From: Magallana gigas
Taxonomy: Eukaryota
Direction: 5' to 3'
Assembly (NCBI RefSeq): GCF_963853765.1
Contig: NC_088858.1
Coordinates: 41,292,001-41,356,000, forward strand
DNA: 64,000 nucleotides
Part shown: positions 48,332 to 59,662 of the stretch, piece by piece
How the letters are laid out: each line of letters opens with the position of its first letter
How positions within the stretch are numbered: position 1 is the stretch's first letter
The notes under the pieces: generated by a model
What the model was told of the DNA's origin: nothing
Databases searched by the model: none
What the model saw: only the letters and a program-made list of their open reading frames with translations
Position numbers and translations under genes: made by a program

Positions 48332-49357
48332 ATGTTTCCGTGTTTACATTTTTCAGATGTTTTCCAAACAGGAAGATGGGCCTCAATTCAGACATCGGGG
48401 GAAAATTTGGCGGACCTGAAGTTCTTCTGTGAAAAATCCAAATCTGAAAGTACTTTTCGTAAATATCGGTATGCCTTTAATTCATGGATAAAGTGGTGTT
48501 ATTCGCAAAGTCCTAAAGTGCAACATTTCCCTGCTTCTGATTTCAACGTTTCCATATATTTGATTAATTTATCAAAACAATTGAACTCTGTTGCAAAAGT
48601 TAATGAAGCCTTTTATGCCATTTCTTGGGCTCATGAAATTTCAGGAACACAAAATCCTTGTCATTCATCATTAGTCGTTTCAGTTTTGGAGGGAGCTCGC
48701 CGCTTAAGTGCTAAACCTGTTACCAAGAAAGAACCAATAACTTCTGAAATTTTACAGCAAATAGTGAATCGTTACGGGACCGGAAGTAGCAGTTTACCAG
48801 ACATTCGAATTTCATGTATGTGTCTATTAAGTTATGCAGCTTTTTTACGTTTTTCAGAACTGGTCAACTTAAAACGCTCTGACATTACATTTTATGAGGA
48901 CCATCTTTCTTTGTATATCTCTAAGAGTAAAACAGATAAATATAAGACTGGGAGTAATGTAATAGTTTCTAAAACAAATAATGTTACTTGTCCGTATGGT
49001 ATGTTACAATTGTATTTAAAAATTGCTGACATTGCTTCGGATTCTGATTGTTTTATTTTCAGGGCGTTATCATTTTGTAAAAAATCTGGTAAATATAAAT
49101 TAAGAAATTCTGGACCATTGTCTTATAGTAGAGCAAGGGCATTATTACTTAATGCTTTGGAAAGTGTTGGTGTGGATAAGTCCAAATTTGGTCTTCACAG
49201 TTTAAGGTCAGGGGGCGCTACTGCGGCTGCTAATGCTGGTGTGAGTGACAGACTGTTTAAGAAGCACGGCAGGTGGCGCTCTGACAACGCAAAAGACGGT
49301 TATGTTCATGAAAATGTAAAATCATTGATGTCTGTGTCTCAGTCATTGAATATTTGA
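48332..49357 (+). CDS. Tyrosine recombinase of the PAT-like element
   Basis: Uninterrupted 341-aa frame with an N-terminal helical core-binding region and catalytic residues R (LRFSE), K (SKTD), HxxR (HSLR), H (KHGRW) and Y (DGYV). Confidence 0.93.
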   Translation: MFPCLHFSDVFQTGRWASIQTSGENLADLKFFCEKSKSESTFRKYRYAFNSWIKWCYSQSPKVQHFPASDFNVSIYLINLSKQLNSVAKVNEAFYAISWAHEISGTQNPCHSSLVVSVLEGARRLSAKPVTKKEPITSEILQQIVNRYGTGSSSLPDIRISCMCLLSYAAFLRFSELVNLKRSDITFYEDHLSLYISKSKTDKYKTGSNVIVSKTNNVTCPYGMLQLYLKIADIASDSDCFIFRALSFCKKSGKYKLRNSGPLSYSRARALLLNALESVGVDKSKFGLHSLRSGGATAAANAGVSDRLFKKHGRWRSDNAKDGYVHENVKSLMSVSQSLNI

Positions 49358-49417
49358 ATGTGTTCAATAATAAATATAACTTACAGTTTTTCTTTTCCCC
49401 TTTCTTTGTTACGTTCG

Positions 49418-49711
49418 AAATGCGCTAGTCTTGGAGCACTTACCCATAATCAGTGTTGTTATGATTGAATAAGGTTGTAAATATTTTATGTTCGTTTGAG
49501 ATAGTTCGAATTAGAACATAAATATATTTAATTCAGGTTGAAAGATATAACAACGTTTTATCGAGCACGTGGTTTGCTATTTATAGTTTGTTTACTAAGG
49601 ATGGTTTACGCGTAGTAATACTGGTTAGACCAGTTATTAGGGCATGACTGGTATGCTTTGTGATTTTAAGTTATTCGAGCTCAAGACTTAGCGCTGTTTA
49701 CACGCTTTGCA
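49418..49711 (+). repeat. Abutting split direct repeats B1 + A2
   Basis: B1 ends GAACATAA at 49521 and A2 starts ATATATTTAATTCAGG at 49522. Confidence 0.95.
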
Positions 49712-49872
49712 CCCACCCGCCCACCCACTTATACATAATCATTCATGTATTGGGTTTGATTGCACAAAATATTAATAAAATGCATAATGCTATAATATTT
49801 CTGTTGCAGATAATGAGTTTTGTCCCAAGAATTCGACATATATTAACGCGGTATCTATGTATTTTATTGAAT

Positions 49873-49976
49873 AAATGCGCCAGTCTTGGAGCACTTACCC
49901 ATAATCAGTGTTGTTATGATTGAATAAGGTTGTAAATATTTTATGTTCGTTTGAGATAGTTCGAATTAGAACATAA
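49873..49976 (+). repeat. Split direct repeat B2
   Basis: Matches 49418-49521 with one substitution. Confidence 0.95.
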
Positions 49977-49992
49977 TTATATAACTGGTCAA

Positions 49993-49996
<4 letters not shown>

Positions 49997-50050
<54 letters not shown>
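49997..50050. repeat. (CT)n microsatellite
   Basis: Direct reading. Confidence 0.95.
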
Positions 50051-50054
<4 letters not shown>

Positions 50055-50088
50055 CTTGTCTGTTTCCTTCACATGTACATACTTAAAC

Positions 50089-50239
50089 AATAAAATGCTT
50101 TCTTTGGTGACTCATTCGGGAATGAAGGTAGCGACATTGCAGAAAAAATACATAACCCGCGTTAGCGGTTATGTAAATTTTTTCTGCAATGATCGCTACC
50201 TTCATTACCCGAATGAATCATCAAAGAAAGCTTTTTATT
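50089..50239. mobile_element. Long-palindrome repeat family C
   Basis: ~150-bp imperfect hairpin with apex CGC-GTTA-GCG; half copy at about 55505-55535. Confidence 0.65.
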
Positions 50240-50789
50240 GTTTATATTAACATCTTTCTTTTAGCCAATTGATAAATTGATTATGAAAAGTAAGTAAAAT
50301 TCACTAAATTACTTTTAATGTACAATGAAGCGCACTGAAGTGGTAAAAATGTTCGTTTGAATGGAATATTCTAAACTTTGTATCGAACGTCAATTGTTAC
50401 ATAAGACACACCCATTTCTTTTGAAACGAGGAAAACAGTATTCGTCACAATGCTTTGTGCTAAGCCCCCCCCCCCCCCCTACAGACCCCCCCCCCACTTT
50501 TTTTGCAAAGTTATACCTAACCATTAGAAACATAGCATGATAGCGGGTTCAGCCTCCCACTTTTTCTCGCAGGAAAGATTATTGTTCCTGTATTTACCTT
50601 GAAAGATTGAGAAGTTGGATTCAGCATACTAGCCCCCCCCCCCCCCCCCCCCCCCCCGGATTAGGATTTCCATGATTTTGGGAAATACTTTTTTCTCAAT
50701 ATTTCTGAGGATTAGTCTAGCCCCCCCCCCCCCCCCACTTTCAATTTGCTTCCGACGCCAGTGGTATAGGTATAAGATATATTCAAAAC

Positions 50790-51265
50790 AGGCACGTAGC
50801 ATCCCGGGGGTGGGGGGGACAGGGGGGCCCCATCATTTTTTCTCGCAGCAAACAAATTTCTTAAATTTACATACTTTATACAGGGTTATTTCGCCTGGTG
50901 TAATTTTCACCCTTTAACAATTGCAAACGGTTTCGCCCCGTCTTGAATTCGCCCATATGCGGTGGTGTTCACAGAGATATTTGTAATGTAGAGTTCACCC
51001 AGACTTTTGATCGCAGGATCCAACGTCCTTAAATTCGCCCTCTGACAACGAGGGCGAAAGGGGGGGGGGAATAAAATGGGGCGAATATTTCCCTGCGTAA
51101 AAAAAGTGAATTAACTTGAAGTCCCCCCCCCCCCCCACTTTTTTTTGGGGGGGGGGGGGGAGCATGTAAAAAAAATTGTAGTGAAATTGAAGCATTTGCT
51201 TGTCATGATTTTATTTGGATGAGTCTGCCTCCCCTCTCCCCTTTCAAAAACGATGCTACGTGCCT
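50790..51265. mobile_element. hAT-like MITE with G/C homopolymer runs and a nested MITE
   Basis: Perfect 14-bp TIR AGGCACGTAGCATC, flanked by a 7-8-bp direct repeat (T)TCAAAAC. Confidence 0.65.
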
Positions 51266-52313
51266 TCAAAACCCTTTCCTTTCCTCGCTTGGTCATCTTT
51301 GCTACATTGGTGTATATTAAATTTTCCTTTGTCACTTATGTCTTTGTTATATATCTATAACTTATACTTTTATTTTTTGTTATGCTTTAATTGATCCATG
51401 AGTCGAAATGAACTCTTTTATTCCATTAACGAGACCACACCCCCTCTCCTCCATCCCCATTCATACACACATCACATTAAATGCATCTGGGTCGTAATAT
51501 TATTACCTTTAAACATAGATCTTATATTGCTTTAGCAAGGACGTTTAAAGTGACACTTATAATTAGCCGGGTATATGAGGGAAAAAATAACAAACTCCGA
51601 CAATTCAGAACAAATGCTAACACTCAATGGTGGCCCTCGGAGTGTATCGACCTCGTCAAATCCTCTTATAGTCTGACGTGCGAGCGATCATTATAGCAGG
51701 GAGACCCAGGCAATCTTACCACCGCGAACCTTTAACTGGGATTTGTGAAGTCCTATAAGATTTATTATACGCTGTTTATGAGACGATTGTACGAGACAAC
51801 TTATTCAGAAGTTGCGAAATTTTGTTTGAAAGATTTTGAAGAGTTCTCAACGATTCTGAGGTGAACACCAGGTAAGTTTTTATCTTTTTACCAATACATT
51901 TTTGTTGGCATCTGTTGTTCGTCCTCGGTCCCCCATTTCATTTGGAAACGGCTGACTTTAGCTACAGATATATGCTTTAGACCTTGAAATCTAATGAAAC
52001 TTTGATCAAGACAATACTTCAACGAAATCAGCTATATATGCCTATTGATTTGTGAAAGTCAAATCCACGTGTCTATATAGTTTAGTCAAGTTTTAGTGTA
52101 AATATTATGTAAACGGTGTACTATGTTTGGTTAAAATTGTATCGATTTAAATTTCTAAGAGTTTGCTACCAGTGCTTTGAAATTATCTGAAAGACTTAGG
52201 GTAAACAAGTAACACGCGATGGGTCTCTATATTTGTTGCCTTTATGCACATAGTTTCTCTCTATTTCTCACCCACACGTGATATATTTATTGGAGAATGC
52301 ATGTTACTGTGTG

Positions 52314-52320
<7 letters not shown>

Positions 52321-52380
<60 letters not shown>
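52321..52380. repeat. (TC)n microsatellite
   Basis: 30 perfect units. Confidence 0.97.
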
Positions 52381-52382
<2 letters not shown>

Positions 52383-52823
52383 GAGAATAGATGGTCATTA
52401 AGCCAGTGACCGGCCCAAGGATCCTTTACCATTTGAGATCATCGATTTGCAATATACATGATCCTAAGTGTAAATGTGTCTCCCATCAAATCATATACAC
52501 CTAGAATATCAATATTTACCTACAGCTTAATGGTCACAATCACGGCATCATCATTTCATCAGGCAAAAAGGGAAATCAACTTTGATCACATTACTAAGTT
52601 GATTAATTATTTGAAGGGAATCGGAACTGTATAAAATAGTGACAACTGTGTTCGTGTTACATTGTGTATTCAGAAATCTAAATAACTTACATTAATTGTA
52701 TTTTCGAGCAAATCAAATTCTACATCTCTTTGATGTAATTGTCATTTTCATATTGCCTCGTGTGCGGAAATGTTGTAGTGTACATATAGATTTTTATCTT
52801 CATATATTGTATTCAAGGTCCCA

Positions 52824-53036
52824 ATGTCGACAGCGGATGTTAAAGAAGACACGGAGGATCTTTCCGAACAGCAGGAAGTGAATATGAAACAGGAAGAGGA
52901 AGATGATTATCAAAAAGAGGATCCGCCCAGAATGGAAGTGCCACAATGTGACAAAGTCAAAATAGCTCTGCAGACACGTGAACGTTTCATGAGCAGTAAA
53001 CGCTACCAGCGGTCTGGTTTTACGCATTTGATTTAA
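52824..53036 (+). CDS. Putative 70-aa protein (acidic N-terminus, basic C-terminus), probably preceded by a non-coding first exon ending at 51871
   Basis: Protein-like composition (MSTADVKEDTEDLSEQQE...RERFMSSKRYQRSGFTHLI) in a GC-elevated patch; strong donor CAG|GTAAGT at 51871 and an acceptor at 52817, 6 nt before the ATG. No family recognised. Confidence 0.5.
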   Translation: MSTADVKEDTEDLSEQQEVNMKQEEEDDYQKEDPPRMEVPQCDKVKIALQTRERFMSSKRYQRSGFTHLI

Positions 53037-53315
53037 AAGTAGAAGAAAGTGATAGGCGGACATGAAATGACGAAGCAATAACCTACGCAAATCAAAATAC
53101 TGACATTGGGGTGTTCGAAAGGAATTTTTCGCTGTATGACTTGTTTCTCTTAATACTTGAACAAGCAATCGTAAATTCCAAATTTTCACCACATGTTGAA
53201 TATTTTGAAACACATATTTGTTACATTTGTTAATATTGTTATGATCGGGCAATAGAACGATGCATTTTCAAAGCAGATAGATTTCCTGTTATACTAAATT
53301 ACTAATTTTTCTTAA

Positions 53316-53825
53316 AGGGACTTGGACACGATTTTAGATCAAAAATTTTAATTCTTTTTTTTTCCCTGTATTAAATGGTTTACTGGTGCATTTTATATGA
53401 TTGACCAAAATATTGAATGTTAAAGTCAAGTTACAAGCGAGATACAGAAGGAAGAATTGATTGTTATGTAAACAAAGCTCGAGTCTTATAGTTGTTTACA
53501 AAAAATGTAATGTAGAGAATTACCATTTCTTAGACAAAATGACATGTAATAAACACTTTAAACTTATTCAATTTTTTACTATTATCAACAGAAGAAAAAT
53601 ACATTTGATTGAAACTTGCACCAATACAACACATATGTAAAAAATGACAATATTTGAGATTTGTTTACAAAACAAAGAATTATGAACTCTGTATCTTGCT
53701 TATATCTTGATGTTTGACTTTCAAATTTTGACATAGCATTATAAACTTCTATAATTATCAACATAAACATTGAAAATGAAAAAATAAAATTTGAAAATTT
53801 TAAGTCAAATCGTGTCCAAGTCCCT
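53316..53825. mobile_element. Kolobok-like MITE
   Basis: Perfect 19-bp TIR AGGGACTTGGACACGATTT, TTAA on both sides and RR termini, the established Kolobok signature. Confidence 0.8.
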
Positions 53826-53995
53826 TTAAAGGGTAACTAGCTGTAAAAGTATTCGTTTTAAAACGAAGGCCTAACACAATTCCTTATAACCACCACAGCC
53901 ACAAAAATTATTATGATATTGCAAAAATTATATAAAACATATGTAAGCACGGGTTAAAATGTACTTTCCGTGCACGTACATTATATGATAATATA

Positions 53996-54363
53996 TATTG
54001 TTATACTTTCATGTTAAATACTGAAATCTGATTGGTTAAGACGCAGTAAATAATATTTTCTATTACCCCCAGCGTTAGCAACGCACTTAGCAACGGGTAA
54101 CATTAAAAAATGTTACATGCGCGAAAATTATGCGCGTACGGTTCGCTGTAGAATTCACGTTATTCCTATTTAAAAGCAGCAAAATTTTCTTAAAAATTAA
54201 GACATTCAGTATAACAAAATAAATAGTGCCTGTTTGGGAGGATAACAGTTGAAATTGACACCCCTCGATAACCATTGTCAACCTCCGCTTCGCGTCGGTT
54301 GACAATGGTTTTCTCGGGGTGTCAATTTCAACTGTTACCCTCCCAAACAGGCACTATTTATAT
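53996..54363. mobile_element. Long-palindrome repeat family A, well-preserved copy
   Basis: Near-perfect ~140-bp hairpin at 54218-54362 with apex CGC-TTC-GCG, plus the flank shared with 6478-6745. Confidence 0.8.
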
Positions 54364-54645
54364 AATCTCTACTTACTTTTAAACCCCCTTAAGGTAAAGA
54401 ATGGAAATAAAGAAACTTTTGAAAATTTAATCTATACATTATCTATATGTATTACATGTATATCAAATAATAAAGGATATGATCAAAACCAAAGTTTATT
54501 CAAAGTGGTGAACTCATAAAGATGACCAAAAATTTTCATTTATATGTGGGTAAACGGTAATATGCCTTTCCACAGTCAGTGTAAATGTTTTTCGAATAAT
54601 GGTCGAGTTTTCCTGAAATTTTAAAAAACTCTAAATGACATGGAA

Positions 54646-56337
54646 TCAGACAGGCCATTCATACAATGCATTGTCCATAGCGCCGCTCTTGGCTAACTGA
54701 TGAAAACCGAAATCGTCGTCGCTTTCGTCCAGTATACTAAAAATCTGCAATATTGAATTTTAATGGAATTATTTCACTGTCTTTCATTAATTGTATAATA
54801 TAATTTGTGCACCCGATATCAGGTACTCGAACAACTTGAGATGACGATCTCTATTTACAACCATGTTGTTTATGGATAAAATACACAGTCAGGCAGCTGT
54901 ACCTCACATTAGGAGGTGAATTCCACAGTAGTCTGTGTATATAGCACTTACGTTTTCACTTGAATCCAGAACAAACACTTTGACCTCCCCTGCCTCCAAT
55001 TCAACTTCAAGCTTCGCTCCGTGGTTCTCTATTGTATGTGCCCCCGGGGGTACGTTTCTAAATCCCCGGAATCCCCCGACAATGGGTACCTCCTTCCCGT
55101 TACAGACGATGACGTCTTTCCAAATGTCCCTCAGTACCAACCAAGCAGCTGTTTATAAAGTCATACAACGGTGAATTAGTACATGTCATGCAACAGTGAA
55201 TTACCAACCAAGCACGTACGTGTGTATAAAACGGCATAAAGAGGGAATTAACAAACAAACAGATTCCTTTAATTTCAATAAAATATGTTTAAAATATGTC
55301 AAAATAAATTAAATTGAATTAACCAGCAGATGCTAATGTATCCAATGGCATAAGACAATACTAGTATCCAAATTCAGTATACATATACCCAAGATCATAA
55401 GACTTATGTTTGCATTGAAAATGTTAATAGAGCTTTTTGTAAGGGAGGTTGATATGGTCTAAAAATTGCCACGACCAACCAGCCCTCTTAGAACGATAGA
55501 ATGATTTCTTTGGTGATTCATGCGGGTATGAAGGTAGCATGCACAACATGCGCGGATCTAGAGGGGAAGGGGGTCCCGACCCCCCCCCCCGGAAAATGAA
55601 AATTTATTAAATTTACATAGTAAAATTATCGTAAATATGCCTCGAACCTCCCCCCCCCCCCAAAAAAAAAAATTTAATTTAAAAGCTAATATTTATTGAA
55701 ATTTTCATTCCTATATAATTATAGCTGAAAAATCATATACAAAATTTAAGGGAGATTTGATGGGTTATTTGTTGACCTCCCAGCCTCCTGAAACTAACAG
55801 AATTCTGGCAATTTGAGGATCGAATTGTATGGAACTTTAGCTTTAATAACCTATCCTCAGTTACTACACCCTTTACAACCGACGACATCCAAAACATTTA
55901 CCATTCAATGCAAGTGGACTATGTGTGTCTCGTTACACCCCAAAATGTGCATGATTGAAATGCATACAATTTTGAAATTAAATCAGGATGGTCGTAAGAA
56001 TAATATTTGCATTATTTTGCTTAATTAAGTGCAGACCAATAAAAGTAGTTCACTGTTGCATCCCCCACCCTCCAAAAAACATACACACTATAAGAAAGAA
56101 AGAAAAACCAAACCACAAAACCCCTAAACAAAACAAAACAAAACAAAACCAACGTGCGGTCAGTCGAGCAAACTCGACCTACGGCTTAGTAATTGACAAT
56201 CTTTTCTGTTATGCATGAAATGTACCTCTGGCCATTTGATTCCGCGTACAAAAATGTAATTTATTTTAATTCAACAGATATACATGTTTAATTAGTTTTT
56301 ATATGTACACCAAAAGAATCATATACTTACTTGACAT
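54646..56337 (-). CDS. 100-aa protein resembling the N-terminal domain of AAR2; 3 coding exons (56337-56331, 55148-54952, 54744-54646)
   Basis: Canonical GTAAGT donors, AG acceptors and consistent phases give MSTAWLVLRDIWKDVIVCNGKEVPIVGGFRGFRNVPPGAHTIENHGAKLEVELEAGEVKVFVLDSSENIFSILDESDDDFGFHQLAKSGAMDNALYEWPV. GGFRGFRNVPPGAH resembles AAR2 GPKFRGVKMIPPGIH as I recall it. The gene model is firmer than the family call. Confidence 0.72.
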
Positions 56338-57878
56338 ATTGGCGGAGATTGGTCTAAATTACAGTGAACACATTGAGGCTTCCATTGAATTATAGCTGAC
56401 AAACCGGGGTATTTAAACTCTGAAGTAAACACATCTATACATAGAAACCAACCAAACAATAATAACTTAAGATCACAACAAAGTCAGTACTGAAAAGATT
56501 GAATTTTAAAAATCATTAAATGCTTTCGCAGCTTGTCTTTGCAAAAATCGCGTATAAAATCCATTTAAAGAACTTAACAGCCCTGTGTTCAGATAGAAGA
56601 TGAAATTCCACTCCTTCCAAAAAGGTACCAAGTTTGTACATGATCAAAGATTAAACAGGATATACTAAGTTAGTACATGAATAATGTCATCCCCAAAGCT
56701 CCCAGCCACCCAGCTACCTAATAATGAAAGGAATATGTGTGCGGATTACTGATACAATGATGACAACAACTGAAGCAGAGAGTGCATACTATACAAAACT
56801 GAGGTCAACGTTGGTACTATAGATTACTGATTCATATTTATGAAATATAGATTGATCCAAGATATATAGATCGATCATATAAAAGAACCAAGATACATGT
56901 ACAGATATATGCACGAGTTTAATTAATTGTTCCAAGCATTTGATTTTTTGATACCATCCGAATTTAAAACCATTCATAAATAGCGTTGATGAGCACCGAT
57001 TTAATACCAAACTTATACATGAATAAAGCTCATGCAATGTTTAAAGCAAAATGCAAAAGAATGTGTGGGTGATTCGATGCCCAAAAATATTTTTTAACCA
57101 AGAGATTAAAGCAATACGAGCTGTATTTAACAAAAAAATAGCAATCTATTAATTTGCTGCAAAAACCTGCTATCCTTCTAGGATAACTAATTCTTCGTGT
57201 AACTTGATAAGATTTAAATACATCATTTATAAATTTCATAGCAAAGATGTTCTACATTAAGGAATATACATGTACATGTATATAGCAAATCAATTTTTGT
57301 ACAACTAAGGCGGCAATAATTGTTAACAATCAATTCAAACAGGGCCTCTACATAACTCAAATAAAAAAATAAATCAAATAAAAAATTAACAGCCGAAGTT
57401 AATACAGTTTAAATTATTTATTTTTACTTCTGATTTAAAGGATGGGGACATACTTATTTTTCACAAAATACTTGAAAAAAGTCCTATAAATATCTATATT
57501 TGTTTGTTTCCTTTTTTTGGCCGGCGGGGGTGGGGTGGGGGTTGAGGTATAGAAAAGTACCAAAAATGGATGGGACATTTTAGTGTTATAAAATGAATTT
57601 TTATTTGTGAAAATGAAAATAGGTCGATTTGCAGAAAAAGAGGAGTGCGAGGAAGAGGCCTCTCATGCTCTCCTTTAATGTTGCTTGCTTGTTGCTATCC
57701 CTTGCGTTCGGCTAAGAAATTGCGCCGGGAAATCCTATGTTCACCGCGTTAACTTTCTTTTTATATTCAGTCCACTAAATCCTGTTTCGAATTCGCTGGT
57801 TTTCGCAACAAGAAATTACGAATGGTGTCGCACGCTGACATGATTTAGATCTAAATTGTCACCAAAAATTCTCAGATT

Positions 57879-57992
57879 ATGATGAAACGAAAATTCAACG
57901 AAGGAAAGGGCGCACAGAACCCTGAGCAGAAACGACCAAGGAGCCAATCGGGTTACATTGGAGACCCAAGGCTTGTCCCACGTGTGAGACAA
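57879..57992 (+). CDS. NVL: NVL exon 1
   Basis: MMKRKFNEGK...GYIGDPRLVPRVRQ; donor CAA|GTAAGC. Confidence 0.85.
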
Positions 57993-58494
57993 GTAAGCAT
58001 CCTGGGCAGCGACTTGTATTCTCAAAACAGATCTTTGTATTATCATTAACTTGTAAAACTGAATTATATTTGTATGAAAATATAAGTGGTTGAACGTTAA
58101 CGTTGATATTACAAATGTGTGGGCATTAGTCTTTACAGAGGGGGCAGAAACAAAAATGTTTGATGACAAGTTCATTTTCAGTCTTTTTGAATTCCAGGTA
58201 ACTTGATCGTCTCGTTGTGAACTGGCACCTGGTCAGTTTGCGTCCACTTTGTACCCCTTGCCCTCATCCAAATACAAACTGCCCCAAATGGCATTGCAAA
58301 TAAGCTTTTACCATACAGGTCACCTCTACTAGCATGCGACCAGTCTCGCCAAGTACAATTTCTAACACTTTTCTATAAAATCTGTTTTGTTGTTTCGATA
58401 AACAGCCATTTTAACAGCCATTGTGATGTTAAGACTTGAGAGTTCCATCCAAACATCAACTTAACCCAACCAGATTTATAACTTATTATTTCAA

Positions 58495-58530
<36 letters not shown>

Positions 58531-59631
58531 AGTTTTCGTACTGTTTCTTATTATTTTTTTTTTCCAAATTTTGTGCACGAGATTTCTCGAAAACTGTTCA
58601 ACCGATTTCAACTACTTTTTCACAGAAGATATGACTTGATGTAAACTAAATATATTTTTGAGATTTTTCCTGTCGTCACTTCCGGTACCGATTTATCGGC
58701 CATTTTGTAAATTTTTACGACCTATTTTATGCAGAGCTGATCTCAGAAACTTACAGAGATATGACTATGAAATTTTCAGGATAGGTAGTCTATAGTTTGA
58801 AGTTGTGCACTATTATGTTGTTTTACGCCAGTGGCGCTATTTCTTGGAGCTCGCCTAAGCACGAAAATTGGGTACGAATTTTTATTCAAAATTTTCATAC
58901 GTTTTGATCTGTATCTTTTTATCAGTTGATATTTTGTTAAGATATATATAACAAAAGTGGTAGATAATCATAAGTTCTTTGCAACGAAATCAAGAAAAAG
59001 GGGCTGACCCCTTTTTTTTAGGGGCCAAGACACTCTTAAACTCTATTACAAATAACTTAAAAAAGATAAAGATTTTGTAATGCATTATAGAAGCACAGTT
59101 GTTGATCGTACCAATATCTATTAGAAAAGATCATTGCCACGCCCCTTTATGACGTAACAAGTGATTTTTAGGGGCCAAAGTACTTAAACTTTGACGCAAT
59201 ATATCTTGAAAAGGAGACATATTTTGTTAGACATCATAGAAGAGAACATGTTTGCATTTATGATTTAAATCGATTCCACTTATCAAAACACGAATTTTTG
59301 TCCCCATTAAGGATCTAAAGGGCTGGCCCCTAAAATATTCAAACATTTGTATCTAAAAAATGAACAACAATTTTAGATGGGTGTAAGAACAAAAAATGTT
59401 AGTGTTCCTAAGACCTTCTCAAAGAAATAAAGAAAAAGGGACTGGCCCCTTTTTTTTGGGGGGGGGGGGGGCAAGAGACTCGTAAAGTCTATTTCAAATT
59501 ACATAAAACGATTAAGATTTCGTAATGCATTATAGAAGCAAAGTTGTTGATTGTAGCAATATCTATCTGGAAAACTCATTGCAACACCCATTTATTACGT
59601 AATTTAGAATTTGTATACATTTTCTGAAAGT

Positions 59632-59662
<31 letters not shown>

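Larger units (their letters stand above)
45741..49976 (+). mobile_element. PAT-like tyrosine-recombinase (DIRS order) retrotransposon with split direct repeats, internally deleted in RT
   Basis: Architecture A1(45741-45930)-gag-RT/RH/MT-YR-B1(49418-49521)-A2(49522-49711)-spacer-B2(49873-49976). A1 and A2 differ at 1 of 190 nt, B1 and B2 at 1 of 104 nt. Split direct repeats plus a methyltransferase domain is the established PAT-like pattern (Ngaro lacks MT). Confidence 0.92.

Noticed and set aside
45741-49976. Ngaro, DIRS1-type or LTR classification
   Set aside because: There are no inverted terminal repeats (DIRS1), no DDE integrase or classic LTR pair, and an MT-like domain is present, which Ngaro lacks.
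52800-53252. 150-aa minus-strand ORF
   Set aside because: Antisense shadow of the acidic plus-strand ORF, with low-complexity Leu/Phe composition and no supporting signals.
57816-58350. 119-aa minus ORF and a GC-richer patch in NVL intron 1
   Set aside because: Overlaps NVL exon 1 in antisense. The patch at 58180-58350 gave no recognisable motif in the frames examined.
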